Source: Zygnema circumcarinatum SAG 698-1b (taxonomy: Eukaryota; Plantae; Zygnematophyceae). From it: a DNA stretch of 64,000 bases. Shown piece by piece: positions 1 through 12,013 of this stretch. The notes beneath the pieces were generated by a model, which worked only from the letters and a program-made list of their open reading frames with translations, was not told the origin of the DNA and did no database searches. Position numbers and translations under genes: made by a program. The DNA lies in NCBI GenBank assembly GCA_037447605.1, contig CM074822.1, positions 1,511,492-1,575,491 on the forward strand, written 5' to 3'. Every line of letters starts with the position of its first letter. Position 1 is the first letter of the stretch.

Positions 1-1060
1 CGCCTCCTCCCGCCCCATCTCGGCCTCCTCCCACCGCCTCCATCTTCGCCTCCTCCCACACCGCCTCCATCTTCGCCTCCTCCCACACCGCCTCCATCTT
101 CGCCTCCTCCCACACCGCCTCCATCTTCGCCTCCTCCCACACCGCCTCCATCTCGCCTCCTCCCACACCGCCTCCATCTTCGCCTCCTCCCACACCGCCT
201 CCATCTTCGTCACCTCCCTCACCGCCTCAATCTCGGCCACCTCCCACACCTCCTCCATCACGGCCTCTTCCCACACCGCCCACATCTTTGCCTCCTCCCA
301 CACCGCCTCCATCTCAGCCACCTCCCACACCGCCTCCATCTTCGCCTCCTCCCACACCGCCTCCATCTCGGCCTCCTCCCACACCGCCTCCATCTTCGCC
401 TCCTCCCACACCGCCTCCATCTTCGCCTCCTCCCACACCGCCTCCATCTTCGCCTCCTCCCACACCGCCTCCATCTTCGCCTCCTCCCACACCGCCTCCA
501 TCTTCGCCTCCTCCCACACCACCTCCATCTCGGCCTCCTCCCACACCGCCTCCATCTTCGCCTCCTCCCACACCGCCTCCATCTCGGCCTCCTCCCACAC
601 TGCCTCCATCTTCTTCTCCTCCCACATCGCCTCCATCTTCGCCTCCTCCCACACCGCCTCCATCTTCGCCTCCTCCCACACCGCCTCCATCTCGGCCTCC
701 TCCCACACCGCCTCCATCTTCGCCTCCTCCCACACCGCCCATCTCGGCCTCCTCCCACACCACCTCCATCTCGGCCTCCTCCCACACTGCCTCCATCTTC
801 TCCTCCTCCCACATCGCCTCCATCTTCACCGCCTCCATCTCGGCCTCCTCCCACACCGCCTCCATCTTCGCCTCCTCCCACACCGCCTCCATCTTCGCCT
901 CCTCCCACACCGCCTCCATCTCGGCCTCCTCCCACACCGCCTCCATCTTCGCCTCCTCCCACACCACCTCCATCTCGGCCTCCTCCCACACCGCCTCCAT
1001 CTTCGCCTCCTCCCACACCGCCTCCATCTTCGCCTCCTCCCACACTGCCTCCATCTCGCC
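1..1060. repeat. 27-bp coding minisatellite (consensus GCCTCCTCCCACACCGCCTCCATCTTC)
   Basis: More than 30 tandem units read directly; encodes PPPTPPPSS repeats. Confidence 0.95.
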
Positions 1061-1585
1061 CTCCTCTCACTCCTTCTCCAAGCCCTCCCCCTCCCACTCC
1101 ACCTCCAAGCCCTCCCCCTCCCACTCCACCTCCAAGCCCTCCCCCTCCCACTCCACCTCCAAGCCCTCCTCTTTCGACTCCATCTCCAAGCCCTCCGGCT
1201 GCATTTCCAACTTTCCCCCCGCGGTCTCCCCCAGCAAGCCCTCCACTTCCACCTCCTCGTTCATCCCCATCAAGTCCCCCTCCGTTTCCTCCACAATCGC
1301 CCCATCCCCGTCCTCCTCCCCGCCCGCCCCGTCCTCCTCCGCCTCCTCGTTCTCCTCCCCGTCCTCCTCCCTTCCCGCCCCGTCCTCCTCCGCCTCCCCG
1401 TTCTCCTCCCCGTCCTCCTCCCCGCCCGCCCCGTCCTCCTCCGCCTCCCCGTTCTCCTCCCCGTCCTCCTCCCCGCCCGCCCCGTCCTCCTCCGCCTCCC
1501 CGTTCTCCTCCCCGCCCTCCTCCCTCTCCGCCTCCACCACCGCCCGCTCCCCCTTCTCCTCCGTCTCCGCCTCCACCTCCTCCTA
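1..1585 (+). CDS. Extensin/proline-rich (HRGP-like) exon, 5'-truncated, of a Pro-rich + PAN-domain gene
   Basis: No TAA/TAG/TGA on the + strand from 1 to 1583. Frame 1 from ~740 reads SPPPPTPPP, PRPPPRPPRPPPPPRSPP, SPPPPPPAPPSPPSPPPPPPS. Phase-1 donor A|GTACGT at 1585/1586. 1-nt (~152) and 2-nt (~738) deletions in the repeat shift the Pro frame. Confidence 0.65.
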
Positions 1586-1702
1586 GTACGTACCAGGATT
1601 TGCAGGATAGTGGAGATAGTGGATCTGTTGCTTGAGATGCTCTAGTCAGTCAACAGAGTGTCTAATTTTTTCGTATGTTATGTGATTGGCACGATCTTGC
1701 AG

Positions 1703-1951
1703 CTGCGGAGCTGGCATCATTTTGGAGAATCGACGCACTCAATATGAGGGCAGTGAGCCTACTTTTATCTCAAAGAACGACAGCAGATATTTGTGCGACG
1801 TCGTGTTTGGCGAATCCCAAATGTATCGCGTTTGTTTTTACGAGAGTGTCAAATATGACGATCGTTGGAAATTGCACATTCATAGGACTTCCTGTGAAAT
1901 TTTACGTTTCAAGCTCTCAACTGACAAGTATTTTTGTCCGGGATGTATTTG
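1703..1951 (+). CDS. PAN/Apple domain exon 1
   Basis: Acceptor ttgcag| at 1702, phase 1. Reads TADICATSCLANPKCIAFVF...GNCTF, the C-x3-C-x5-C-x2-F-x-F...C PAN pattern. Donor G|GTGTG at 1951. Confidence 0.7.
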
Positions 1952-2190
1952 GTGTGTATCACTCTATCTATATCAGTATTTTCATTTCCACTTTTCATTG
2001 CTTGAATTAAGATGCATCGGAGAGGATTATCGTCTGCCGTCTATTGTGAGTGAGAGGATAGTCTGAGTCAAGCCACGCTAGTCAACGTTTCATTCCAATA
2101 CACCCTTTATGCAAAGGCTGCTGGGCGGTCGTTATTGATTTTAAGCTGCATTGTTCTCAGGTTTTGCTTCCTGTGCACGCTTTGTTGCAG

Positions 2191-2405
2191 ATTTATTTTC
2201 GGGTCTAGCTGTCGACACCGATCGAAAATGGTGCGGTTACCGAATTATTGCTGCTGAGGGCAGTGCCGGAGTGTGCGCTAAGAAGTGTGTCCTTGACACT
2301 GCTTGCGCATACTTTTCCTACAATCAGGAAACTGACACTTGCAGCTTTAAGAGGGGGGGTATTGGGCGAAATTTTGCGAGTCCTGGAGTCCAGCTCTACA
2401 AGAAG
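2191..2405 (+). CDS. PAN/Apple domain exon 2
   Basis: Acceptor ttgcag| at 2190, phase 1 matching the upstream donor. Reads GVCAKKCVLDTACAYFSYNQETDTCSFK. Donor AAG|GTACGT at 2405. Confidence 0.7.
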
Positions 2406-3039
2406 GTACGTCTCATCTTGGATATGGATGCTGTCCATTTCCTCCTTTTTATAGTAGAGACGTGTTGGGTTTTGCAGTTAGAACTCAATTTTTCTTCTAG
2501 TAGAAACGATGTGTACTTGATAGTGCATGGCCGATTTTCCTTGAAGAACCGCATACTGCAAAATCTCTCTTTCAGCACATTTTTATGTTTGAAATATTGT
2601 ACGGGTTTGTTAAGTTTTGGAGCTGGTTTTGCGTTCTAACTTGAAATTTTCACACTTGGACAACTTTGGTTGATTGCATGACTATGCATTGCAATTGGTT
2701 TTGTGCTATTACTTGATTGATGGCTTGTGTTAACACAACTTTCACTGCTTGGGTTTCACTAGGTTTTGACACCATGAGCAGCAAGGCCCACTCTTTCTCT
2801 TTCCTCCTGCAACCGTGGGTAAGTCAGCCCTTCCCTCCTCTCTCTCCTTACTCTCCTACGACTTCCCAGTGCCTTCCTCCCTCCTCGCGCACACAGGTTG
2901 GTGGTGATCGAAGCCAATGTCGTGAGGTCAGAGGAGCAGCAGATGCTGGCGCTGTATGGGGAGTTGGTCCTTTCCTTCCTCTCCGCCTTGCATGTGATCA
3001 CGTGTGGTCCAGGCGCAATCACTGCTGGTCACTTGTCTA

Positions 3040-3212
3040 CTGCTTGCCAGGCTTCTCCGATTGTGTTTCCCTGCGGCCATGCAGGCTGCATGCCATACAA
3101 CCCACGCGGTGAACAACTATGGGATGTTGCTTGTTGGCGTGCAAGGCATCTGCCCATGTCCAGTTACAAGTGTCACATGTACCACAATCGTCAATAGGAG
3201 GAAAATTTTCAG
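3040..3212 (+). pseudogene. Degenerate frameshifted RING-finger-like fragment
   Basis: ACQASPIVFPCGHAGC in one frame and GICPCPVTSVTCTTIVNRRKIF in another resemble a C3HC4 RING ending CPxC..I...KIF. Confidence 0.3.
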
Positions 3213-4342
3213 TGAATGTGTATGCAGTTTATTGCTAGAAGCCGCAACAGATTTAGGAAAAAGGGACTAGTAAAACCTCCGCCCTTCAAACTGGTTGCTT
3301 TGAAAGCCCACCATAACGAAACGCTTTTTGTATTCCAGGATGATCACCAGAATCAAAATTGAATCAGAATCAGAATTAGAATTGTGGAACATTCACGGAC
3401 ACAGTTCAGCGCTATCCTTGATCGAGGTTCTTCCATAACTACATCTGATGGAGACTCTAACATGAAGTTCCATGCCACAGTCGACATTCGCCCTCAATCG
3501 CCCCAATACTCTGCTGTTACCTATCGTACCAATTGAAGATAACTTACGGTAGGCATGTAGACATCATTCTCGATAGTCACTGAAAATGAGATCAAAATGC
3601 GCATAGTTTGGGAGAGTTGATCTCGTTGGACTGACTCATGCCTCTCTCTGTTGGGTCGATGGACGAACCAATGTTGTGAGCCAGTTATCAAGTGGGTCGG
3701 CAGAGTTGTGGAATTAGAGCAAGATTGTACGACGGATGAGGAAGGGTGCCATAGTTTACGAGGTTCAGAGTGAGGTTGTAATAATCCCGATATTAGACGT
3801 TTCCAAATTGGACTCCTGCATGAAGTCGCATAAAAAGTACTTTTGAGATTTTTTTGTATTGCAATCCCATAGCTTTTTAAATCAATCTTGGAATTGTGAG
3901 TCGATTGGGTTGACTATTACAGACATTCGAATTATAATTGTAACTGAATGAGAATATAGTTGGCGTATTTGACCTTTGTTGTGTATGGATGATATTTATG
4001 TTTTATCTCGGAGCCGAGATTCAAGTGGCATGCAAACATTGCGATGGGAGTGTTTCACTCCCAGCAAACACTTGATGAACACACCCCTCAGTCCCTTCGG
4101 ATCGTCTCACGATGGGCACACAAGCAAAGGCTTCAATACATCTCTCAACAATCAACCTTTGTTTCATCAACGGTTCATACATTTGTCCTCTTCTCTCTCT
4201 CTCCCTCTCTGCTCCTCTGCACATGCCTTCTCTCAAGCTGCTTCTTCCTTCTCTCTCAGACTCTGTTTGCTCAAACTCTCTCCTCTGCGAGTACCTACCC
4301 TCTGTGTGTCCGTCGATCTTCCCTTTTGCGTCCTTGTCGTAC

Positions 4343-4405
4343 ATCTGTGTTGTCTACCACCATCACAACAGCATGTGTGCCACGATAATACGTCGCCCAT
4401 GATGG
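4343..4405 (-). pseudogene. ARFC1: Fragment of an ARF-family GTPase (ARFC1/ARL5-like)
   Basis: An unlisted minus frame reads PSWATYYRGTHAVVMVVDNTD, close to the recalled ARFC1 motif SWATYYRGTHAVIVVIDSTD. Flanked by stops; no other GTPase motifs nearby. Confidence 0.6.
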
Positions 4406-4939
4406 CTCCGGCCACAGCATGCACCTTCAACTCTCGAACTATTTTTGTCGATGTCCTGCACAAATAAAATAATCCTTACAACTAAATCAGATCAATTACA
4501 ACAGTTTATGTCTTTTGCTTGAGTACGAGAACACCAACACTGCCCACCAGCATTGATTGTAGTTGAAATATCGTCAAATGTTGTGTTGTTAGTTTTGGTA
4601 GTAATCATGTAGGTAAGAATAATCTCTTGTAGCACCTCACTCATGGAAAACAAAAATAAAAAAACCCAACCCATTTTTTATTTAAAAAAAACGAGTAGAG
4701 AAGTTTTTGCGCTTGAAAAGCAAAGAGTTACTTACTACTCCGTTGAAAAGAGCTGATCTTCTGCAATGTCATTGTTCGTGAGATCAGAAGCATGCAGCTC
4801 ATCTTCAGCAATGTTTTGCTGATGTGAAGTAAAACCGCTCATTTCTTGACTACAATCATAAAAGGAAAAGATATGACAAGTAGTTTTTTTTAATGTTATA
4901 AAAGCAATACCAGGAGAGTGGAGAAAGTGAGAGAGGGTG

Positions 4940-7110
4940 AGAGGGAAGGAGAGGGGAGAGGGATGTGGAGGGGAGGGAGAGGGAGAAGGAGGGTGGTTAC
5001 TAGGAAGGACTTGCCAAAAAATAAATGAAAAACGAAGGATTCTGGAGCAAAGAGGCAGGGGAAAAGGAGGGAGGGAGAAAGACGGAAGGGAGGCTGCCAC
5101 GAAATAAAAATTAAGAAAATATAAAAGAAAATTAGGAGGGAGAGAGGAGAAAAAATGGAAAAAGAAAGGGAAGGAGAGGAGGAGAGAGGGTCTGGGAATT
5201 TGGGGAAATTCAGAAAAAAACAGAAGAGGACTGGATGATAGTGAAAGAAAGAAAAGAGGGAAGGAGAGAGAAAGAGAGAGAGAGACACAAAGAGAGAGAC
5301 ATAAAGAGGGAAGGGAAAAAAAGGGGAGAGAAAGAGGGAGGAAAGGAGGCTGCCAAGACACACAACAAAACGAGAGGGAGAGAATTTAAGTAGAGAGTGG
5401 GAAGAGAAAAAATGGAAAAAAAAAGGGAAGGGGAGGAGGAGAGAGAGCTGGGAATGGGAAATTTAAAAAAAAAAGAGGGCCGGATGATAGTGAAAGAGAG
5501 AAAAGTGGGAAGGAGAGAGAAAGAGAGAGAGAAAAAAGAGAAAGAGAGATACAAAGAGAAAGAGAGATAAAGAGGGAAGGGAAAAAGAGGGAAGAGAAAG
5601 AGGGAGGGAGGGAGGCTGCCAAGACACACAACAAAAAGAGAGGGAAGTAGAGATTGAGAAGAGAAAAAATGGAAAAAAAAAGGGAAGGGGAGAAGGAGAG
5701 AGAGCTGGGAATTTGGGGAAATTCAGAAAAAAATAGAAGAGGGTTGGATGATAGTGAAAGAGAGAAAAGAGGGAGGCAGAGAACGAGAGAGAGAGTAGAG
5801 AGAGAGACACAAAGAGAGAGGTAAGGAGGGAAGGGAAAAAGAGGAGGAGAAAGAGGGAGGGAGGGAGGGAGGCTGCCAAAACACACAACAAAAAGAGAGG
5901 GAGAAATTTCAAGTAGAGACTGGGAAGAGAAAAAATGGAAAAAGAAAGGGAAGGGGAGAGGGAGAGAGATGTGGGAATTTGGGGAAATTCAGAAAAAATT
6001 AGAAGAGGCTGGATGATAGTGAAAGAGAAAAATGTGTTGGAAACTAAAGCCTGGTCTCTCTCATTCACTGCACTCTCAGACATGATTGTATTTTAGCGAA
6101 CACACCCACCCCCAATGCACACACCGGAAGGAAAGAGTAAAAGCTGGAAATGGAAATACAGAGAAGTGAAGTAAAGGAGAAAGCCCCCACTGGCTCAAAA
6201 CTCCTTAGAATAAATAGGAAAGGGTTACACAAGAAAACTCAGCCCGCAGGCGATTCCTAATGCTCAGCCCTACACACCTATCTACTGCTGCCCATACAGC
6301 AGGCCTATACACTCAGCACCACGAGCCGAGATGCAAGGTTCTAAGAGTAACTAACACTATGCACAAAGCAACCTAAATACTAGCCGCTGAAGCACCTCCA
6401 CGTTCCACCGCGTGCCACCGCGTGCCACCTCCTCGTCAAGGTCGCTCCGCGCCTCCTGGAGTTCGCTCCGCACCGCGCGGGAGCTCAGCTCGAGAGGCTG
6501 CCATGGGGAAGGGAGTGTCCGTACCGAAACTCTCCGAAAGCTCCTCCGTCGCTCCGAACCTTCCGCGCTCCTTCGCGCCTCCATTAATCCGTACTAAGCT
6601 AACTCATAGCCGCGCGACCTATCGTCGCGCGCCACGTGACTACTCATCACTTATCAAACTAAGCGGACTCCTCTGGTGGCGCGGCCTATCGCCGCCCTCC
6701 ACGTGTCCTATTTAAACCCGAACGTCTTCCCACTCAGAACAGCGCTCTAGCGCACTGTTCAGACTGTGACCGAATCTACCAAGGACTGCCGACACAAGCT
6801 AAGGACCGTAAAGTGTACTACGTTATCCTGTACCCCTATTGTACACTACAAAATGAGGGAGGCAGAGATAGAGAGAGAGAGGAGAGAGAGAGACACAAAG
6901 AGAGAGGTAAGGAGGGAAGGGAAAACGAGGGAAGTAGGGAGGCTGCCAAGACATACAACAAAAAGAGAGGGAGAATATTTAAGTAGAGACTGGGAAGAGA
7001 AAAAATGGAAAAAGAAAGGGAAGGGGAGAGGGAGAGAGAGATGGGAATTTGGGGAAATTCAGAAAAAATTAGAAGAGGCTGGATGATAGTGAAAGAGAAA
7101 AATGAGCAGG
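4940..7110. repeat. GA-rich complex tandem repeat, ~255-bp unit, five copies, split by a solo LTR
   Basis: Marker AGGCTGCCA at ~5091, 5347, 5613, 5870 and 6940. The last spacing returns to ~250 bp once the LTR and TSD are removed. Confidence 0.85.
6035..6850 (-). mobile_element. Solo LTR (816 bp)
   Basis: TGT...ACA termini; 5-bp TSD AAATG at 6030-6034 and 6851-6855; homologous to the LTR at 39765-42045. Confidence 0.9.
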
Positions 7111-7679
7111 TGAGGGGGGGGGAGAATCATTCTGAAAGAATAGGGTCTTCGGTTTTTGAATCCTGCTGCTTTTGTCGGTGTACGGGTCGCCGTACGGCCG
7201 ATTGTGTGGGATTTGGCGAATCGAAGTCTAGGATATTTATATGTACTACCCTACTACCGATAGGTTGAACTTTTGAACAATTAAAGATTTTGGCTGTCCA
7301 AAAAAAAAAACTATTGAAAATCGGAGTTCAAAAAAAAAACAGTTTCCTTTTATGTTTCTGTTTTTTTTTTGAACAACGGTCCTTGTTCAAATGCAAAACC
7401 AATGCGAAACTAATTGAACATTGAACAATTAATTACCAGTCGTGTTCAATTGCAATTTTCCTCGCATCCACCGATCAACAATGAGATTCTGGCAAATCGC
7501 AAAGCGCGTGGACCCAGGTCCACGCGGGTTCAAATTTTGACCGTCATGGAAAATTTGGCGGCGAGCGGCGCCAAATTTTCTGCTCGCGCAGAGGCGTTCG
7601 TGGAAGATTTGGGAGCGCGAAAGGACGGAGAGCGGAAAAAACTATTCCTATCGTACGATACTGCGAAATGCGACATGAG

Positions 7680-8639
7680 CAGGCCTCCTCAAATAAGGGA
7701 TTTCTGCTTAAGATAGGGGACTGTCCCCTAAATCGGTTCTGGAAAAGCCCGTAAATACGGATTGTACGGAAGATACCTTACATGTACGGACGAAATATGA
7801 ATACGGTACTGCCGAGTGTCGCCTGCTTGCCGTTTGCCTCTCGCAAGCGCCTGACTCCTGATGGGCGCTTTGCTTTTTTCTCCTTGCCTGTTTGCTCGCT
7901 TGCCTGCCTCCTGTTGGCCTACTTGTTTCCTTTCACTGGAAGGCATTCTTCACTGCAAACAGTTTGATGTTTTGACCGCTCTTCGAGGGTCTCTTTGAGT
8001 AGTTTGCATCATTTCTAGAGCTGTCTTGTTCAGCCTAAACCTCCTAAGAAAGTGCGACCATTTTTTATTTCATTTCCAATTTTAGTTCCTATTTCAGTTT
8101 TTTTTTTGTAACTAAACCTAGAATTTTGTAGGTTATGATTTGAAATAGAGTTTTTGTGAGGAATTTTCAAGACCATGATGGATTCTAAAGTGATACTTGG
8201 AGTAATTAATGATGGATTGAAAAGGAGATAGAGATTTTTGGATGGGATTTACAATGCTTTAATGGTCAAATGGAAAAATATTGATCTCAATATTGATCTT
8301 TGATGCAATTGGGTCTTTGAATGAGTAATAGTATGTTGTGATTGCCAAATGCACACGTGTTCTAATTGATTGGTTAAAAATCCAATCTATAAAAGTTGAA
8401 GAGTTTGCACCAGTTTCTAAAGCCGTGTTGTTACACCAATAAGTAGAGTTCATATACATATGATGACATTGCCATCGAGTGCAAATGAAATTCATTTCAC
8501 TTCTTTTTTTACCAAAAAAAAATGCTTTTTTGGAGGCTTGTGTGGTATTTAAGGTTAAATCACTTATACTAATCTCAAATTCTCACATAAATAAGCTATT
8601 TACGATATTTAGGGGATATTCCCTATTTGAGGAGGCCTG
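7680..8639. mobile_element. Non-autonomous hAT-type element (960 bp)
   Basis: 16-bp perfect TIR CAGGCCTCCTCAAATA; 8-bp TSD GACATGAG at 7672-7679 and 8640-8647; no transposase ORF. Confidence 0.88.
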
Positions 8640-9114
8640 GACATGAGCATGTCCAGCTTTGGTTACGGTACCGTATGCGGCTGTGACATGCTTATGTTGC
8701 GGTGATTTCGTTGGGACGTCCATCACTGTGACGCTTCAATGTGGGACTACATGTCGCAGTTGTATAATGTTGCATGTGGGGTCGCTTGAACTTGTACTGT
8801 ATGGCCGACATATTGGCTATAGAACTGACCAATTTTGTCAAATGGAATTGCAGGCAAGTTTGTTTCTCTATTTGCACATTGAATTGTAAAACAGCTGAAA
8901 GCTAGAGAAACTTACAAAAAATATGATTAAGTTGCAAAAGTGATGAAGTTCAAAACAACTGAAACAAAGATTTGCGTTTAACTTTCACATTTCAACTAGT
9001 TTGATAGAATCAGAGCGTTGATAAATACCTTCAAACCTAACAAATCCAACTCTCCCTTCCCAAAAAGCCTCTTTCCCCCCCCCCCTTTTTCCCCCTTTCT
9101 TTCTCTGCTCTCTC

Positions 9115-9281
9115 TGCTCTCGGCTCTCGGCTCTCGGCTCTCGGGTCTCGGGTCTCGGCTCTCGGCTCTTGGCTCTCGGCTCTCGGCTCTCGGCTCTCGG
9201 CTCTCGGCTCTCGGCTCTTGGCTCTCGGCTCTCGGCTCTCGGCTCTCGGCTCTCGACTCTTGGCTCTCGGCTCTCGGCTCT
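9115..9281. repeat. (CTCTCGG)n heptamer microsatellite
   Basis: Read directly, about 23 units with variants. Confidence 0.95.
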
Positions 9282-9290
9282 CTATGCTCT

Positions 9291-11090
9291 CTGCCCCTGC
9301 CCCTGCCCCTGTCCTGCCCTGCCTGCCCCTGCCCCTGCCCCTGCCCCTGCCCCTGCCCCTGCCTGCCCCTGCCCCTGCCCCTGCCCCTGCCCCTGCCCCT
9401 GCCCCTGCCCCTGCCCCTGCCCCTGCCCCTGCCCCTGCCCCTGCCCCTGCCCCTGCCCCTGCCCCTGCCCCTGCCCCTGCCCCTGCCCCTGCCCCTGCCC
9501 CTGCCCCTGCCCCTGCCCCTGCCCCTGCCCCTGCCCCTGCCCCTGCCCCTGCCCCTGCCCCTGCCCCTGCCCCTGCCCCTGCCCCTGCCCCTGCCCCTGC
9601 CCCTGCCCCTGCCCCTGCCCCTGCCCCTGCCCCTGCCCCTGCCCCTGCCCCTGCCCCTGCCCCTGCCCCTGCCCCTGCCCCTGCCCCTGCCCCTGCCCCT
9701 GCCCCTGCCCCTGCCCCTGCCCCTGCCCCTGCCTCTGCCCCTGCCCCTGCCCCTGCCCCTGCCCCTGCCCCTGCCCCTGCCCCTGCCCCTGCCCCTGCCC
9801 CTGCCCCTGCCCCTGCCCCTGCCCCTGCCCCTGCCCCTGCCCCTGCCCCTGCCCCTGCCCCTGCCCCTGCCCCTGCCCCTGCCCCTGCCCCTGCCTGCCC
9901 CTGCCCCTGCTGCCCCTGCCCCTGCCCCTGCCCCTGCCCCTGCCCCTGCCCCTGCCTGCCCCTGCCCCTGCCTGCCCCTGCCCCTGCCTGCCCCTGCCCC
10001 TGCCCCTGCCCCTGCCCCTGCCCCTGCCCCTGCCCCTGCCCCTGCCCCTGCCCCTGCCCCTGCCCCTGCCCCTGCCCCTGCCCCTGCCTGCCCCTGCCCC
10101 TGCCCCTGCCTGCCCCTGCCCCTGCCCCTGCCCCTGCCTGCCCCTGCCCCTGCCCCTGCCCCTGCCCCTGCCCCTGCCCCTGCCCCTGCCCCTGCCCCTG
10201 CCCCTGCCCCTGCCCCTGCCCCTGCCCCTGCCCCTGCCCCTGCCCCTGCCCCTGCCCCTGCCCCTGCCCCTGCCCCTGCCCCTGCCCCTGCCCCTGCTGC
10301 CCCTGCCCCTGCCCCTGCCCCTGCCCCTGCCCCTGCCCCTGCCCCTGCCCCTGCCCCTGCCCCTGCCCCTGCCTGCCCCTGCCCCTGCCCCTGCCCCTGC
10401 CCCTGCCCCTGCCCCTGCCCCTGCCCCTGCCCCTGCCCCTGCCCCTGCCCCTGCCTGCCCTGCCTGCCCCTGCCCCTGCCCCTGCCCCTGCCCCTGCCCC
10501 TGCCCCTGCCCCTGCCTGCCTGCCTGCCCCTGCCCCTGCCCCTGCCCCTGCCCCTGCCCCTGCCCCTGCCCCTGCCCCTGCCCCTGCCCCTGCCCCTGCC
10601 CCTGCCCCTGCCCCTGCCCCTGCCCCTGCCCCTGCCCCTGCCCCTGCCCCTGCCCCTGCCCCTGCCCCTGCCCCTGCCCCTGCCCCTGCCCCTGCCCCTG
10701 CCCCTGCCCCTGCCCCTGCCCCTGCCCCTGCCCCTGCCCCTGCCCCTGCCCCTGCCCCTGCCCCTGCCCCTGCCCCTGCCCCTGCTGCCCCTGCCCTTGC
10801 CCCTGCCCTTGCCCCTGCCCCTGCCCCTGCCTCTGCCCCTGCCCCTGCCCCTGCCCCTGCCCCTGCCCCTGCCCCTGCCCCTGCCCCTGCCCCTGCCCCT
10901 GCCCCTGCCCCTGCCCCTGCCCCTGCCCCTGCCCCTGCCCCTGCCCCTGCCCCTGCCCCTGCCTGCCCCTGCCCCTGCCCCTGCCCCTGCCCCTGCCCCT
11001 GCCCCTGCCCCTGCCCCTGCCCCTGCCCCTGCCCCTGCCCCTGCCCCTGCCCCTGCCCTTGCCCCTGCCCCTGCCCCTCCCCCTGCCCCT
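9291..11090. repeat. (TGCCCC)n hexamer array, ~1.8 kb
   Basis: Read directly. The long ORFs in the track here (LP, CP, PA, GQ, GR dipeptides) are repeat artefacts. Confidence 0.98.
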
Positions 11091-12013
11091 CCCGGTCCCC
11101 CTCCCCCTCCCCCTCTCTTTTCCTTGTTTATATGTTTTTTCTTGACCCATGCGGAACTCCGTGACTTCCTTTCACAGAGACTTAGGAAGGAATGCAGATT
11201 TTAGCACATTTTCAAATGTATTTTTTTTTATTTTTGTCTTTTTGCTGGGAAATTCAAGTCCAAAAATCCGACGAAATTCTGACTCCGCTTGAGACTCCTG
11301 CGACTGTAAATCAGTTTGCTGTCAATACTGATCTGCAAATGAGGGAGGTCCAAACCCTACATGTGACTAGAGAAGATACCCTCTCTCGCTCTCAAGGGAA
11401 GGAGATCTTTGAGGTGACTTTATCAAGGGAAGAGGTTCAAAGCAGCCAAATGTGGCCCGGAGCGACAAGTGGCTCCTTCTCTCCACCCCCTTTCTCTCTT
11501 TCTCTCCCTCTCTCTCTATCTCTATCTCTCTTTCTCTCTCTCTCCCTCTCCCCTCCCCCCCTCTCTTTCTCACACAGGGATTTCCACCCACCATTCCGAC
11601 CACTGAGTAATAATCATCAGCAATAAAGGAGCAGTAGAGGAATTGCCAGAACAACCATTTGGAGGATGGACTAGAGTGACAAGTCTGGGAGATATACTGA
11701 AATTCGCAAAAGGACAACGATGTGAAGCATGGCTCAGAATGCCAAGTTTGGGAAGACAAGCGGAATGGACAAGACCCATGTTTGCAAGATGGGAGTCCGA
11801 GGCCAACTCAAAGGGATATTTTCTGAGAGACGGAGGATGGAGAGCTTCTATGACCACGGTAAAGTACGATCGCAATGAGTCCCATTTCTGTGGAGGGCCT
11901 CAAGGGGGGCAGCATGGAGGAGGGAGAGGGGAGGCCGGGGGGAGGGAGGAGGAGGCTCATTTTTGTAATATTTTGAGGGACAGACAAGCGGAGTCATAAA
12001 CGAATCGAGATCT

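Noticed and set aside
258-1576. Minus-strand acidic ORFs (MEAVWEEAK repeats; 1067-1576 and 314-1054 are in frame across one TGA)
   Set aside because: Antisense shadow of CCN-rich codons. The plus strand splices coherently into PAN exons, while the minus strand has no such support.
2897-3112. Possible next exon of the PAN gene (phase-0 acceptor at 2897)
   Set aside because: The in-phase translation has no domain signal; the gene's 3' end is left unresolved.
3300-3830. Exon-like minus-strand sequence with splice-like signals
   Set aside because: Multiple stops in the best-looking frame and no recognisable family.
4500-4620. AVLVF...KQ resembling the ARF G4 region
   Set aside because: It lies upstream of the RGTHA motif on the minus strand (wrong order) and the similarity is weak.
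9018-11204. 600-700 aa ORFs on both strands
   Set aside because: Translations of (TGCCCC)n; no domain content.
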